From the NCBI RefSeq assembly GCF_009914755.1, contig NC_060926.1: a DNA stretch of 64,000 nucleotides. One strand, 5' to 3'. Below, one piece after another: positions 13,721 to 28,461 of the stretch; positions within the stretch are counted from its first letter, which is position 1; every line of letters begins with the position of its first letter. The notes below the pieces were generated by a model. It was not told the origin of the DNA. It did not search any database and worked only from the letters and a program-made list of their open reading frames with translations. The DNA comes from the human T2T-CHM13v2.0 reference genome, Homo sapiens. A program made the translations under genes and the position numbers.

Positions 13721-16700
13721 TATGACATCCTATTTGATACACTGTTTTACTGGAGAAACAGATCATTTGACAGACATTCTTTCTGTTAGCAATTTGACAA
13801 CTCTTTCCCCAGTTGTCTGTACTGAACCTGGCGCTGTGCTCCGTAATGGTGACCTAGCTGTGAATAAGATAGAATCACCTTAAACTCAGAGGGGTAATGT
13901 TCTGTTGGGGAGGGAGAACCTAGTTTTGCATGCTAAGTAGAATGATGAATGAAGTATTTACAAAGGGAGCATGATGACTGATATGATTCATTGGTATTAT
14001 GTATTAAGAGCCTATATCATTTCACTCATTCAAAGACTTAGTGAATTAAGAATAGAAGCATGGGAACAAGTAAAGATATTGCTCTTGCAGAACATTTTCC
14101 ACTGAAAGCTCATCATATTTTCCTCTTTTGTGAGGATAAAGAAAAAGTATTATTTCTACATGGAAATTTGATGTAATACATTTCAACCCTAAAGGCTTTT
14201 AATGATTGCTGGAATCTCTAAAACCCACTTATGAACTTCTCCTTTAGGAGGCAGGACTCAGAATAACAATAGTACCACTTAAAAAAAAAAAAGCAAAACC
14301 AGCATGCCAGGATGTTTCTTTAAAGAAGATTAATGCTAAGCACTGCATTTCTCTATCATAATGTATCAATAGTTGCAGTGCCTCCCACTGCCCCATCCCC
14401 CTCCACACCAGCTTTTGTGTGAGTCCAGGCAACCTATAGGCAGAAGGCAATTCCATTTATTATTGAGGGGACTCTCCAGGCAGTTGTTCCAGACCTGTGA
14501 AGCCAGCAGGCAGAGCGGCCTGAGAGGGGGTGGGGAGCACCGGGCGAGGGAGGTGGGGAAGGGCCACATTATGTTCCAGATGACTGAGTAACGATTTATA
14601 TATCACTCGCCTTTTTTACATGAAGAAGAAAAGTAATAACAGCCCAAACCCAGGCATTTGAAACAGTCAGCTGTCCGATGAATAATGGGATAGGTGGGAA
14701 GGAGCGCTCTGATTGGATGTCTTAATGAGCACATTTCGCACAGAGTTTGGGCTGCAGTTCCCCTTGACCTTTGCCCTTTATTGACCAAACTGACACTTCA
14801 TTTTTCACATACTTCCAATTATGGCTCGGCTTAAGTGTTGCCCTCCCTCCTTTATTTCTTTCCTATGGACAACTTGAGAGTGGTTGAGGCCACAGAAGAT
14901 ATTTTAATTTGAAAAACTACCGTAGCGACTCAGGTTCAGGATGTAATCTGAAACTGCTGTCACTGCAGCTTTTCAGCTGAAAACACAAAGTTAATACTGC
15001 TTGTTTCTAGACAATTTTCTTTAAAAAAAAAACACGAAAAAATCTAACATATTTTACAAACGAAATGATAACCTAAGAACCTTGAAAATGAAGGAAAATG
15101 GTTACAAACGGTAATTTTTATTTTTTGTTGTTTCATTTGTCTGTTGGTCACAGTGACTTGAATGATCTCTATTTGTTCACACTTGCTTCTTAAGCCTGTA
15201 CCTCTCCAGGGACTTCTGGTATTTCAATGGCACTGTAATGATTTTGACTAATACACTTTTGGGAGGAGAGAAAAGTAAAATATAATTGTGACCACAGGCC
15301 TTAGAGCATCGCAGCCCTGTGTGTTCCTTTGGTTATATTTAATGTTGACCTGCAAATTAAAGTGTGGCCTTTGCATGCAGTGGCAGGCAGAATAGGAAAA
15401 TGATTTCCTGGTGGGAAAAGTCAGGTGTAAAAAAGAAAGAGGAAGTTATTATGCTCCACAAATGGCCGTTATCAAAAAGTCTATATTATTAACTTATCAA
15501 ACATGTTGAATGAGATGTAGAGACAGAGAACTGTTTTCCCAAGAACACCCTGTAATATACTCACCTTTCCTTTTATTGACTCATCAAATGTGAGTAACAG
15601 TGTTCTGGTTTCCACCTGCTTGACTTCTAGCATCATGAAATCAGGTCATCTTAAAGAAAAATAACTTCATCATCTAAAAGTAGTAACTATATTTAGGGGC
15701 ACGAACTTGGCCATAAGCATTTTCATAGAAAGTGCCTCTTCTCATTATTAGGCAACATCACCAGTAAACTTGAGGTCATTGTTTTTCATCTTAAACAACC
15801 GAAAAGTGCATTTGAAATTATTTACAGCCGAGTAGAGATATTCTTCGAACACAGAAGTATTTATCTGAAAAGTGGATGAAGTGTTATCTACTTTATTATG
15901 TAGCCCTCTAGCATATCTGTGGCATATTTTTACTGTAATATGGTAATAAAAGAATATGTAAAAGACAGACAAATGTTCTGTCTTTTTCTGTAAGGTGACC
16001 TCTGTTACCAAGTAACTGCTTTACTTATGAGCTTATTAAAAACTCAAAAAATGAGCTTTTCATAGTTCACAGGCATTGATGTGAAAATGAGCTGTCCTGT
16101 GAGTAGTTTTCTTGATCACTTTTAGAACAATTGATTAGCCAAAGAGCTCCTGTCATTAGTTGACATTGACTGATAGCAATTTGTCACAAGCTCTGAAGGT
16201 CAGCTAGACAGTTGGAGTTTCAGCTTGTCTTTGATTGACCTTTACTGATTCCATCCTCATGTGATTGGGTTTGAATAGTTCTGACCCTCAATTGGAAAAG
16301 ACAGGGCATTAGTCAACAGAGTCATTTCTTATATTTTCTGTTGATTGCTCATTTTTATTTATGTGTGAATTCATGGTCTGGATTTCTTATCAAATTTTGA
16401 ACTCTCATTTTTGAAATTTAAAAGGTGCGATATTTATTGTGTGACCTGTAAGTCACAATTCTGCTTTCCCTTTGGTTTGCACACTTGATTTGTGATGTCA
16501 ATGACGTCTGTCTACTGGCCACTGTTACCTGTGCAGGTACTGGAGTTTTGTTGCAAGTGATGGATTAAAATTTTGTTGTTGCTGTCATTTTTTAAGAAAT
16601 ACCAACTCCGGTGTGACTTGTAGCACATCTAAAATTATACACCAATTCTTTTATTTTCCTAGAATTGACTACTTTTGTCTCCCAAGACTCATGCAATATT

Positions 16701-17994
16701 TTAAAATAAGAAATAAGTAGTAAGGAAGTATATGAATAATGATGTTGTGTCAGTTCATCATTTAGCTCTGCAGCCAGAGGCATGAAAACTTTTTAAAAAG
16801 TATCTTCTTTTCAGTTTCACTCAGTTGGCTGTAAATTAGAGAAAGCTCCCCTAGCTAGAAGGGCATTCGCTTTTCAGTGATAGTGGAATATATTTTCTGT
16901 TTTCATGGACCTGGAAGTTAATTGTTCATAATATTCAGTTCTTTCTTTTCAAAACTGTAAATATTTTCCAAAAATACATCACATATAGAGAAATATGTTC
17001 CACATCATATTAATACCATGCATTGTATTGTTTTATGTAAACGATGAAAATGGAGATATTAGCTTTAAAAACCCAGGTCTTAATCTGTAATTATTTAATT
17101 CAGTTTTTATGTAAGGCCTTTTCATTCTCTTATCCTTTCTCACCTTCCCTTCTTCTCTTGAGTCTGCATTGGGTTTTAAACTATAAGCAATAACTTGTTT
17201 TTCAGGCCAGATCTCCCAGGCATTCCAGGGCCACCACACACAGCCTGGCACAGCTCAAACATGTGTTTCAGTTTCTACCCAAGGAAATAAATAAGGAGAG
17301 AATTCATTGTTTCAGGTGGTAGATTCTTCACATGGTGTCATTCTTGGCAAGGCAGAAGTGAGGAAGTTAATTTTAGGGAAGCATCCATTTAATGTAGCCC
17401 AAGGAGATAAAAAGAGTTTAGAATTATAATCTCTCCTGCAGATGAGCCAAAATATTATCATGAGTTGTGTTTAAGCGGGGGATGGGAATGTAAATTTATA
17501 CATTCTAGTCAAGTCATCAAAAATAGATTAAGCACTTACTGTGTGCCAGGTACTCTGTGTGAGCTATAAAAATGAGTAGGTCATAGTATTTGCCCTTAGG
17601 AAGTTCCTGTGTGCTACCAAGAACATCAAGCATATCAAAGTAAAATATTTGCTAAATATTGGATATTCTTAGGGAGCCGTGAGTGTATTTATTTCACAAC
17701 ATGCCAATGACCCAGACATGGTGAACTCCGTGGTCAGGCCTGCTGGATGAAACACAGCGTGGTGGGTATTAGGTTCAAATTGCAGAGGGACAGCACTACC
17801 TTGGTAGGTGTAGACGTTCAGCATCTATGGGGCCCTGTTAGGTGGACTTGGCTCCAGAGCCCACTCTTGGAAACTTGGTCCAGTCCTTCCACACTGCCAT
17901 GAGCCAGCCAGTGCCTCTGCTGTCTGAACCATTGGGGTCATCATTGTGTTCACCGCCATTAGTCACCTGGCTGCTGACTCAGATTGATCTTCTT

Positions 17995-18860
<866 letters not shown>

Positions 18861-18901
18861 AACTTAAGTGTCAGAAGTTAAATAAATGGGTTTGGGGATG
18901 T

Positions 18902-19257
18902 ATAGCCATCCCTTGGTATCCCCCAGGGATTGGTTCCAGGACCCTCTCCCCTCAACCCCGCAGACAACAAAATCTTCAGATGCTCAATTCCCTGCTATTA
19001 AATGGCATAGTATTTGCATATAACCTATGCACATCCTCCCATATACTTTAAATAATCTCTAGATTACTTATAATACCTGGTACAATGTACATGCTTTGCA
19101 AATAGTTGTTATACTGTATTGTTTAGAAAATAATGACAAGAAAAAAGTCTGTACATGTTCAGTACATATGCAATCATCCATTTTTTTTTTCAAATACCTT
19201 CTATCCTCAGTTGGTTGAATACGTGGATGTAGAACACATGCATATGGAGGTCTTGAC
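18902..19257. mobile_element. MER2 (TcMar-Tigger) DNA transposon
   Basis: cccttggtatcc...gggattggttccaggacc...tagtatttgcatataacctatgcacatcctcc...ttggttgaat..gtggatg. Confidence 0.85.
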
Positions 19258-20210
19258 CTTAAATCATGCCATCCACCTAATCACTTGTTCTCCGTACTCC
19301 TACCCTGGGACATCACCCTCTGCCCCGCAGTGAGCATCTAACAGAAGATGGGTGGATGCCAGGAGCAGCATCTGAGGATCTTTTGAGGGATTATAGGGCT
19401 GAGGTGAGACTGAATTCTGAGACAGGACCCTGTAGCAAGGGTAACTATGCTACCCTGGGAGGATGTTTTTATGTCCTATGCCCTTCCCAGTAGCAGCCAT
19501 GATTCTACCTGCCCTGGGCTGTGATATTTAGCTCTCCCCCTGATGTTATTTCTCTTTATCATGGGTGATAGCACTAATTAAGAATAGTAGTAGAGGCTTT
19601 GGCTGTTGGCCTAGCAAAAACTAACCCAAACAGTAAATTTATGCCAAGCATTTTCCTCAGGAAAAAAAAAATGTAGGCATGGTCTACCTGTTGTATTGAT
19701 TAGTCCCAGAAATGTAGTTGGTAAAGTTGGGTTTTGCTCAAGTGTCTGGCTTTGTGGATTAGCTCAGTCTTGCATATAGTTTTCCATAATTGCTTAACCT
19801 AAAAGCATTCTATTTGATTAGTACAATTAGTTTGGCTTTCTCCCTCTTACCAATATCAATTCATATGCATTCCCTCCTAACGTTGCTCACTTTATTTTGT
19901 AACAAAGAATGAAGACAGCAGAACTTCCTGTTACTTATTTCCATATTAGAAGAAAAGGAGAATATGACCTTACGTAGCAAAGCTTACATTTTTAAAAAAT
20001 GTATATTTTTAAGAAAAAGAGAACTACAGAGTGAATGCAGAAAATATTGAATTTGCCAATGGGCTTGTTGCTAGGTTATTAGCATTTACTGTTGTAGTTT
20101 GACTCTTTCCTTGAGTGCCCCTACTACTTATGACAGCCAGGACAGCTAGCACCTTGACACCCTTTTATACTTTAATACCTTGGGAGAAAAGGATATATTG
20201 ATTTTAAAAT

Positions 20211-20467
20211 GCATATATATATACACATATATATATATAAATATATGAATATAAATATCATTTATAAATATAAAATATAAATATGCACACCTATATAAAT
20301 AAATATGTATATTTATAAAAATATTTATAAATATGTTATTTATAAAATAAATATATAATATATTATATATAAAAATATAAAATAAATTTATATATTTATT
20401 TAATAAATAACATATTTATATATTGTATATATTTATATATGCATAAATATAAATATGTATATATATT
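20211..20467. repeat. AT-rich low-complexity (TA)n-derived tract
   Basis: About 255 bp of almost only A/T. Confidence 0.9.
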
Positions 20468-21509
20468 CTCCCTCTCATTCTAAGAAAGGATTTAAGGAAA
20501 TTAATAAAAGTTTATAGTATACAATAGGATAAAAAATGTGTAGATGAACGAATTAGAATGAAAGCAAAATAAACAAAAAGCCAAGAAATAAGGGTAGTAC
20601 CAAGCAATATAAATTATAAGATCATGTACAATGACTAGAAATAGGTATTAATTTGGCCCTGAGCTTCCTAGCAGCTAAAACAAAGACTGAAATATAATTA
20701 ATTACAAGATTTACAACATCCATGGAAGTTGCTCAGAAGAATCGATTTGACCAGCATTAAGATCTGAAAGAAATTCTCCTCGTATCCTCACACAGGGAGT
20801 CCAGGGAGATGGCAGAGGCTGGCATCCTTGACAGCATCTGTAGGACTCCTCTTACATTCCCCAGCTCCTAGAACAATGCTGCAGTTATAATAATTGTTGA
20901 TACATATTTGATTGATTGGACTAGGTATCTGTAATCATATTCATCCTTTTGTTTCTTTAACTCATTGGAATCTGAGTCTTGATTTTCATGGTTGAAATGA
21001 ATGACAGCCTATTTTGATGTGAGCCAAGGTGCTGAGTATTTGGTGATGCCATGAGGCCTTTCTTCTCTTGTCTGTCTCCTTCTTCTGACCATTCTCTGGT
21101 GGGTTCGCCTCATTCTCCAGTCTTTTCTCCCTCCATCTGAAGTCAGGAATGGGGTTGAGGATGCTGTTGTTACTCTGGTTATTATCCCCAGGAACAGGGT
21201 TAATGGAACCAGAGAGATTCAGGTAAACAATGGTTAGAATGGAGATGCTGAGAGGCTAAGATGGGATGCCAGAATGGAAGGTTCTGATGCTGCAGTCCTT
21301 AAAAATGAAAGTTCTGAGGGAATATGACTTCAGCCTATAAAGCTGGAGGGGGCTGAGTGTTATGAATATTTGGCTTACCTCATCCTGGCACCAAAAACAT
21401 CCCCTCAGGTAAAAGGAATACATTTACTACAAATAAAAGTATTGCTTGATGTACATTTTAAGCATATGAGAGGATTACTCCCAAAGATAGAAGTGAAAAG
21501 AGAAATATT

Positions 21510-22460
21510 CCCATTTATTAACTGAATTAATTAAATGTCCACTGCATACCGGTCCTCTGCTAAATGTGGGAATTCAGAGTGAAAGAGGTCATTTCTGGAA
21601 TCAAGAAACTGACAGTCTGGTGGAGGAACAGACAGTTTAGTATATCATAGGTTAAGTCTCCCTAGTGAGCAGGTTCTGAGTAATTTGGAAGTAGAGGAAT
21701 GGTACCTAACAAACTGGCACAGGGGCAGCACCTGCCTGGCATCGGATGGGCCTCTCTCTAGCCTTTCCATGGTGGCCATTTTTAATGGATCACAGCACCC
21801 TTGTCACGGGGCCTGAAAGGAGTGCAGATGCAGGTCCTTCTCCACACAGTGCTCCAGCAACCACTACCTCGTCCCCCGGAGTTAGCCCTAGAAGAAATTG
21901 GTTTTCTATTTCTGATCTCCCACTCAGTCTCCTAAGAGAGCAAGTCTATGATGGAAACTTGGGAGAGATGGAGAAGAGGGGCATGTAAGGAAAAAAAAAA
22001 TTAGCTTGTGTAAAGGTAGGAAGGAGAGAGAGCATGCCACTTTGGGGACTTTGTGTGTGCTTCAGCATGAGTAGAGAGTGGGTGTGAGAGAGGAAGAGTC
22101 TGAGGTAAGGCCCAAGAGGTAACAGGGGCAAGACCACAGAGGGTCATATTTGTCATCTTAAGCCCATATTTGTCATTCTGGCATTGGTTTAGCAGGCAGT
22201 AGGGAGTCATTGGAAATGTGAGGGTTGTGGCGTGGTTGGATGGAAGTGAAGGAGGAATTGGAGCAGGGGGAGGCTGGAGTCAGCATGATAGTTATTCAGA
22301 AATGTTGCAGAACTTTACTTAGGCAGAGGGAGGAGGCTAGAGAGAGTAGCTTTGAGGAGGAAGACTGGACTGGACAGAGAAACAGTGGACGCAGAGGGTA
22401 GTGGAGTGCAAAGGCTCTGGGATGATGCCAAGGTTTCAGAAGACTGACTACACAGACTAC
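21510..22460 (-). mobile_element. L2 LINE fragments
   Basis: caagaaactgacagtctggtggagga, gcagtagggagtcattggaa and ggatgatgccaaggtttc are L2-type phrases. Confidence 0.55.
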
Positions 22461-25400
22461 AGGTCCCACTGGCATGCTCTTTCTTTGTCTTCTTTTGAAT
22501 GTAGCTTTGCCACTCTAGATGGGAGAAAATGCAGCTGGTCATTGATGGCTGTGGCTTTTCTCCTACACCCTTGCTGGGCAGAGGTGATGCTTTTCCCACC
22601 TGTTCCTGAGGATGGCTTGCAGAAATCCTGCTAATTCTCTCTGCTGCACTGCTTTCCCTCAAAGAAGGCTCCGGCTCCGTGGAGACCAGGGGCTGGGTGG
22701 AAAGGAAGAGGCCAGCCAAGCTGTCATGGGAATTTGGTGACTCATTTCATCAGTTTACTGCTCTGAAAATGAGGTGACTTCCCCCTTTGCTTGACAACTG
22801 ATTGATGAACATTTCCTGAGTATTTGCAGAATAGATGTTTTGCCTCATGGGCCTTCATGTTTATGTGCTCCCAGTGGATTCTAATCCTGGTGTGCTTCAG
22901 CCTTTCCCACTTCTCAGCTGCTAATTTTTCTTTCTATGTAGAGTCTTCAGATTACCTGCCCAAGACTTAATAGAATGCAGGATTAGAAACAGTATACCGT
23001 TATGCCTGCTGATACAACTCTGGTTACGTTGACTTTTTGCCAGAATGTTAAAGAATGAAGGATACCTTTTTACACTGAAACAGTATTTATTTGGCTAAAA
23101 ACACTGTCACCTGGTACTTAGTGTGTCTACATTGAAAGCTGTCTTTCAAAGTAGCGTACTTCATTTTGTGTGTCTAGAATTTCTTGTTTTGTTTTTAGTT
23201 TTTACTTTCTTCCCCAAGATGTGGGTTTATGTGTTTTTAGAAGAATTAGCTTTACTTTGTTTCCATTTTTCCTGATGCTCTTGATAGTGAAGGAATCAGC
23301 TTTGGAAAACATTAATTGCTCCACTAAATAATGGAATCTTAATACAAGTTACATAGCGAGAAGTGGAAGCATTGCTTTTAGGCCCCAAGAATAGACCTTA
23401 GGCTCATTTTCCATAACTGAAATGGAAGCAATAGGTTTGCATTATGTGGATCAGAGTCATCATCTTAGACACTAGCCATAGTCCGTAGATTTAATTTTCA
23501 TATTTCAAATGGAGGCTGTAAGTTTAACATGTCTTACTTTGCAGCTGGAACAGATTCTATTTTTAATCCGTAAGTTGCATATGGCATGGAGCCATGTGCT
23601 GCCCAGATCCAAATGCATAACTCCTGTTGATATCAGTGAGCTTCATGATGAATTGGAAAGAACTATGTGGTCTTTGTTCCAAACATCTATCTGACTTTTT
23701 AGGATTAAACGTGCTAAACAAATTCTAGCACTTTTCAAGTTCAAATGGAGTGTTTTTGAATGTAGCAACCATGCTGGCTTAAAGGAATAATGCAACAATT
23801 CCAAATAGACACACGCACACATAACCGTAGAATTGGTTTTCAGGCAGAGAAAGGCAACTGGGCTCAGGAACCTGGCTGGCATAGTAAAGGACATGGTTGT
23901 ATTGAGCTACACAAAATTGCCTTTAAATAGAAAAGATAAGAGGAGAAAGCCTTTTCTTTGGATGGTACTCTGCTCATCAGGGTACACATTATTGTTGGTG
24001 AGTAACTCTAGCAAGAGCCCTCTTGTACTTCCTCATTCTTATGACCGCAATGGTGGGAATTGTCTGGCAATATTCATTCAGAACTGACAGATGTTTGCAT
24101 CTATAAATAAATGTACTCAAATCATAATTGTTATAACAAGATTGTTTGATTACCTGGCAATGGCCTTGTGCTGAGATAGCTTTTGGATCACCTGTTCTTT
24201 GGGAACATTTGACAGACCTCATGTTTATTACCCAATTGGATGTCAGTAGCAATTGCAGCTAAAGAAAAAACAAAAATGCAAGTACTTGTTGACCTTGACT
24301 TTTTTCCACAAGAGATTGGACTTGATGGCTCTATTGCAGTTGAGCTGATAAGGGCTATAAACAGTAGTTTAAAGAAAATGTTTTATTCCCAGAGGAAAAC
24401 ACCCTATTTGCTGTGGGAAATGGCAATAGACATATACGCCTTTTGCCAGATTTTCTTAATTTACCTTTATTTGGGCTGTGGGAAAAGGATATGCTGGAAA
24501 AGCTTTTTATGGCTTTAATGTACATTTGCATAGATTGTTATAATTTGTGAATGGTGTAGTTAGTATATTGAATACAATTTAAAAGAAGCCAATGATGTTT
24601 CTATGATTTATGATAATATGATTTTTTTGAAACTGTCATGTTAGTATAAGATTGTGTTTCAGAGATGAAGATCTTATAAAAATGCAATAGACTTATGGTG
24701 CCAAAATGCTCTTTTTGATTTTAATTAAAAACATAAAAGTGTCATTGGTTAATATGATCTCACTAGGAGCAAAGAAAGAAAATTGATCCAGTGAATATTT
24801 ACATGGGACATTCCAGAAATGCACTGGGGGATAAGGCAATCAGCACTTTTCTTTAGGCACAAAGTCTTAAGCTCCAGATTTGAATCAAGAAGCCCCGGGC
24901 CATGAAGGATTCCCCATTTCTTGGTGAGACAGTAAGGCTCGGTAACCTGCCCTATTTGCTCTTTAAAAATCTCACTGCATTTTCCTTCAGAGGAGAGGTG
25001 CTTTGGCTCAATGCCACTGACTTCAACTTTTGCTCTTAAAATGTTGTTTTGATGCATAGTGTAGTGATGGCTGAATTGATTTCTGTGCATAAACGGTGGC
25101 CTAGATTCTTGCCCTGTGGAAATCCATGGAATTAAGAACTCTAGGTTCCTGGAGTGATAAGAGGTAAGCAAATGATTAGATATGCATGCAGGGAAAAAAT
25201 TCAAATGCTCATAGAATAGAAATAAGGGTCTATATAATTTGCAAGTTTAATGTAAATGCAAGCCACTAATACAACCAATAATTTAATGCTAATATGTGAG
25301 GATAAGTAAATGTTATTCTAATTATTTCCTATTTGGTGTGTTCTCAAAGAGTTCTGAGCAAAAAATATACTGCATTGAAATATTTCCCTGGCTACTCAGG

Positions 25401-26429
25401 ATGAAAATGTGGTCTACTAACAGCTGTGGCCATAATGAAACCTCTGGGATACTAGTGACTAAAATTTCTCTTTAGATAGAAGTTTGGGACAATTTGAGAT
25501 GGCAGAATCTAAGCCAGAGTTTCTTTCAAGGAGATTTAGCACACTGGGATATTATGTGATTTATCCAATGAAGGTACAGGCTGAGATCTAGCTCAATATG
25601 CCCTTTTAAGTAGTCACTAGAATTATTTAATAATGCAGAATATATTTTTGGTAAAAAGATTTGATCTTTTTGTCTGTTTTTCAAAGTGCAAATTTCCTCC
25701 TGAAGATAGACAAGTCTTGGGTACGTTTTTGTGAGAACAGACCCTTTGAATGAAATTTTAAAACCATCAGAAAGTCATAACATGTATAATCAATAGGGAA
25801 TTTCTTGCTGTCTAAGAAAACGATAGGAAAGAAGAGTTCCACTCTCTCCAGTCTTCTTTGCTAAGTCTCATTTCTCTACTTGTGCATTTCTTTGGAGAAT
25901 AACTGCTTGCTGACTTCTACTTTCCTATGAAACTTTTGTGAAGAATGGTGGAAATCTTTGCAATGACAGATGCCATTGCAGATTATTATGATGTCCATTA
26001 CTTGGAGAATGAAATTAGGAAGAGTTTATTTCTGACATGGCACATACCCTTCCCTGCAACAGAAAGACTGTAGCCTAGAATCTCTGTTAAAAAAAAAAAC
26101 AAAAAAACAAAAAAACACATCCTCAGGATTTCTGGTGATTCTCTGGTTGATGTGGTAGAAATGAGCAGAGAGGCAAGTCTGCTGCCTCAGGCATCCTGAT
26201 CCCCTGCAGCAGGAGGGCACCCAGGACATGTAAGCTCAGGTTCCTTTTGGCTGCATGAGCAGGGAAAGTGGAAGGCAGGGTATCCTACATTCTTCCTACT
26301 ACTCACTGAAGGATGTGGCAAGGGCATGAATTGTTTGTGGTTGGCTCTCTATTCTGGTGCTAGGAAAGACTTCTGTGTTTATCTGCATCTTTCTAAGCCC
26401 CCATTGCTATGTAGCCAGCTCCCAGGCCA

Positions 26430-26610
26430 CTTTGTGGGAAAGCTTTCTTTGTGATGGATGACGTGGCATTTCTTGTCACTTCCTCAAATTCCTTCCTGCT
26501 GCCTATCAGCATTGCTCTGGACTTATCTGGGTTGAGCTTCAGCCAGCTAAAGCTAATCCAGGTTCCTATTTCAGAGGAGCAAAATGACAGCAATGACGCT
26601 GCCATTCTTT
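26430..26610 (-). mobile_element. Ancient L2-clade LINE reverse-transcriptase fragment
   Basis: Minus frame reads LSFCSSEIGTWISFSWLKLNPDKSRAMLIGSRKEFEEV, matching the C..EI..W...WLKLNPDK(T/S)..ML(V/I)G pattern just C-terminal of YADD in L2/CR1-group RTs. Confidence 0.65.
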
Positions 26611-26901
26611 TGGTTTGTGACCTAGGATGCTGGGGAGAAAGAGCAAAAAGAGGAGGGTTGCAAGAGTTGGGGCCTGTTGGCTTGATTTTTCAATCCTGGT
26701 ACCTTGAGCATCTCTTTATTCTCATGAGTCTTGCCTCTCCATAAGGCTGACAGTATTATTTATTTTCATGTGCAGTTGGATGTAACTTTTCCAACTCTGA
26801 CCTGAAGTGGCATTTACCTGAGATTGGTTTTATTCCATCTACTGAAGTTGGCGCTGACAATTTTGAGCCTCTTAAATGAAGTCTTATGAAATGGAGTTTA
26901 G

Positions 26902-27245
<344 letters not shown>

Positions 27246-28079
27246 TGATATTCCATTATTTAATAAATATATTTACTGAAAATCTACTATGTGCCAGGTA
27301 CAATGCTAGGTGGGAAATTTTTCAAACAAATAACTCATTTTTCATGCATTCAGATTCTGAAATGTGCCCACCCTCGTTCATTTGTGAGCCTCACACCACC
27401 ACCCTTATGGTGGAGCAGAGATTTGTGTCTCTATTTCATAGGTGAGAATAACCTAAGGCCTGACAGGGTGTGAGTGAGAAAACAACAGGACCTAAGTCAG
27501 TCAGGTTTCTCAATTGCAACAATTTTCTTTTTTACCAGGTTAAGAAGTAACCTAGTAACTGATATCTTTTTGGTTCATTTATTTTTGAAATGTGTCTACC
27601 AGTTCTCTCTCTCTGTCTCTCGTTAGAAAGAGAGAATACAGAATGACATATGAGGAAGGATCTTTAGAAGAAAGTGATCAGGCACTGCTTAGCATTATAT
27701 TTCTTGCATTCATTTATTCATTCACGGAGACCCTTCTGTATAGAGGGCATTGTGCTAAGCTCTGGGATGACAGAAATGAGTAAGACCAATCCCTGTCCTC
27801 AAGGAATTGGTAGTCCAGTGTTTGTTTCTCCCTTTACCCCTGAATTGAGAACTGTCTGGAACACACATATTTCCCAATGTTGCTCTCTTTAGGAGTTACC
27901 TGCTGTCTCATTCAATATTCCTGATGCCATCTAGTGATATTCAGGCATGAGGGGGCTTCAGTGTAGGATCAGAATGGAAGCAACCCAATATTGGTCTCTA
28001 CTCATGGAGAACAGGCTTTTAATAAATCAGATTTCTACGTGAGATGGTTTGACTTTTTTGGACACAGGAACAGCCTAAA

Positions 28080-28225
28080 CTCACCCATAAAATGGAAGTA
28101 GTATTAGTACCTACTTATAGGACTGCTGAGAACATTAAACAAGTTAATATATAGAATTTTGAACCATACCTGGCAATGGTAAGCATTATGTATGTGTTAG
28201 CTGCTGTCATTACCACATCATCATT
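28080..28225 (+). mobile_element. MIR relic
   Basis: taaaatggaagtagtattagtacctacttatagga...cctggcaatggtaagc. Confidence 0.65.
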
Positions 28226-28289
28226 ATCAGCTGATTAATTTTTCTCTGTGGAAAAAGAGATTCTGCTTAGGACTGGTGTCCATTTCTAA

Positions 28290-28461
28290 GGGGAGTTATG
28301 CTTATTTTTTTTTTTTTGTCTTTTTTTTTTTTGTCTTTTTGTGGAGAACGGGGTCTCGCTATATTGCCCAGGCAGGTCTCGAACTCCTGAGCTCAAGCTA
28401 TCCTCCTGCCTCTTGCCTCCCTGAGAGCTGGGATTACAGGCGTGAGCCACCGCGCCCGGCT
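28290..28461 (-). pseudogene. BC200 (BCYRN1) RNA retropseudogene
   Basis: Reverse complement has BC200-diagnostic cccagctctcagggaggc, ggatagcttgag and gagacctgcctgggcaatatagcgagaccccgttctcca, then the A-rich domain and part of the unique domain (aataagcataactcccc). A 20-bp direct repeat ggactggtgtccatttctaa lies at 28270-28289 and 28462-28481. Confidence 0.9.
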
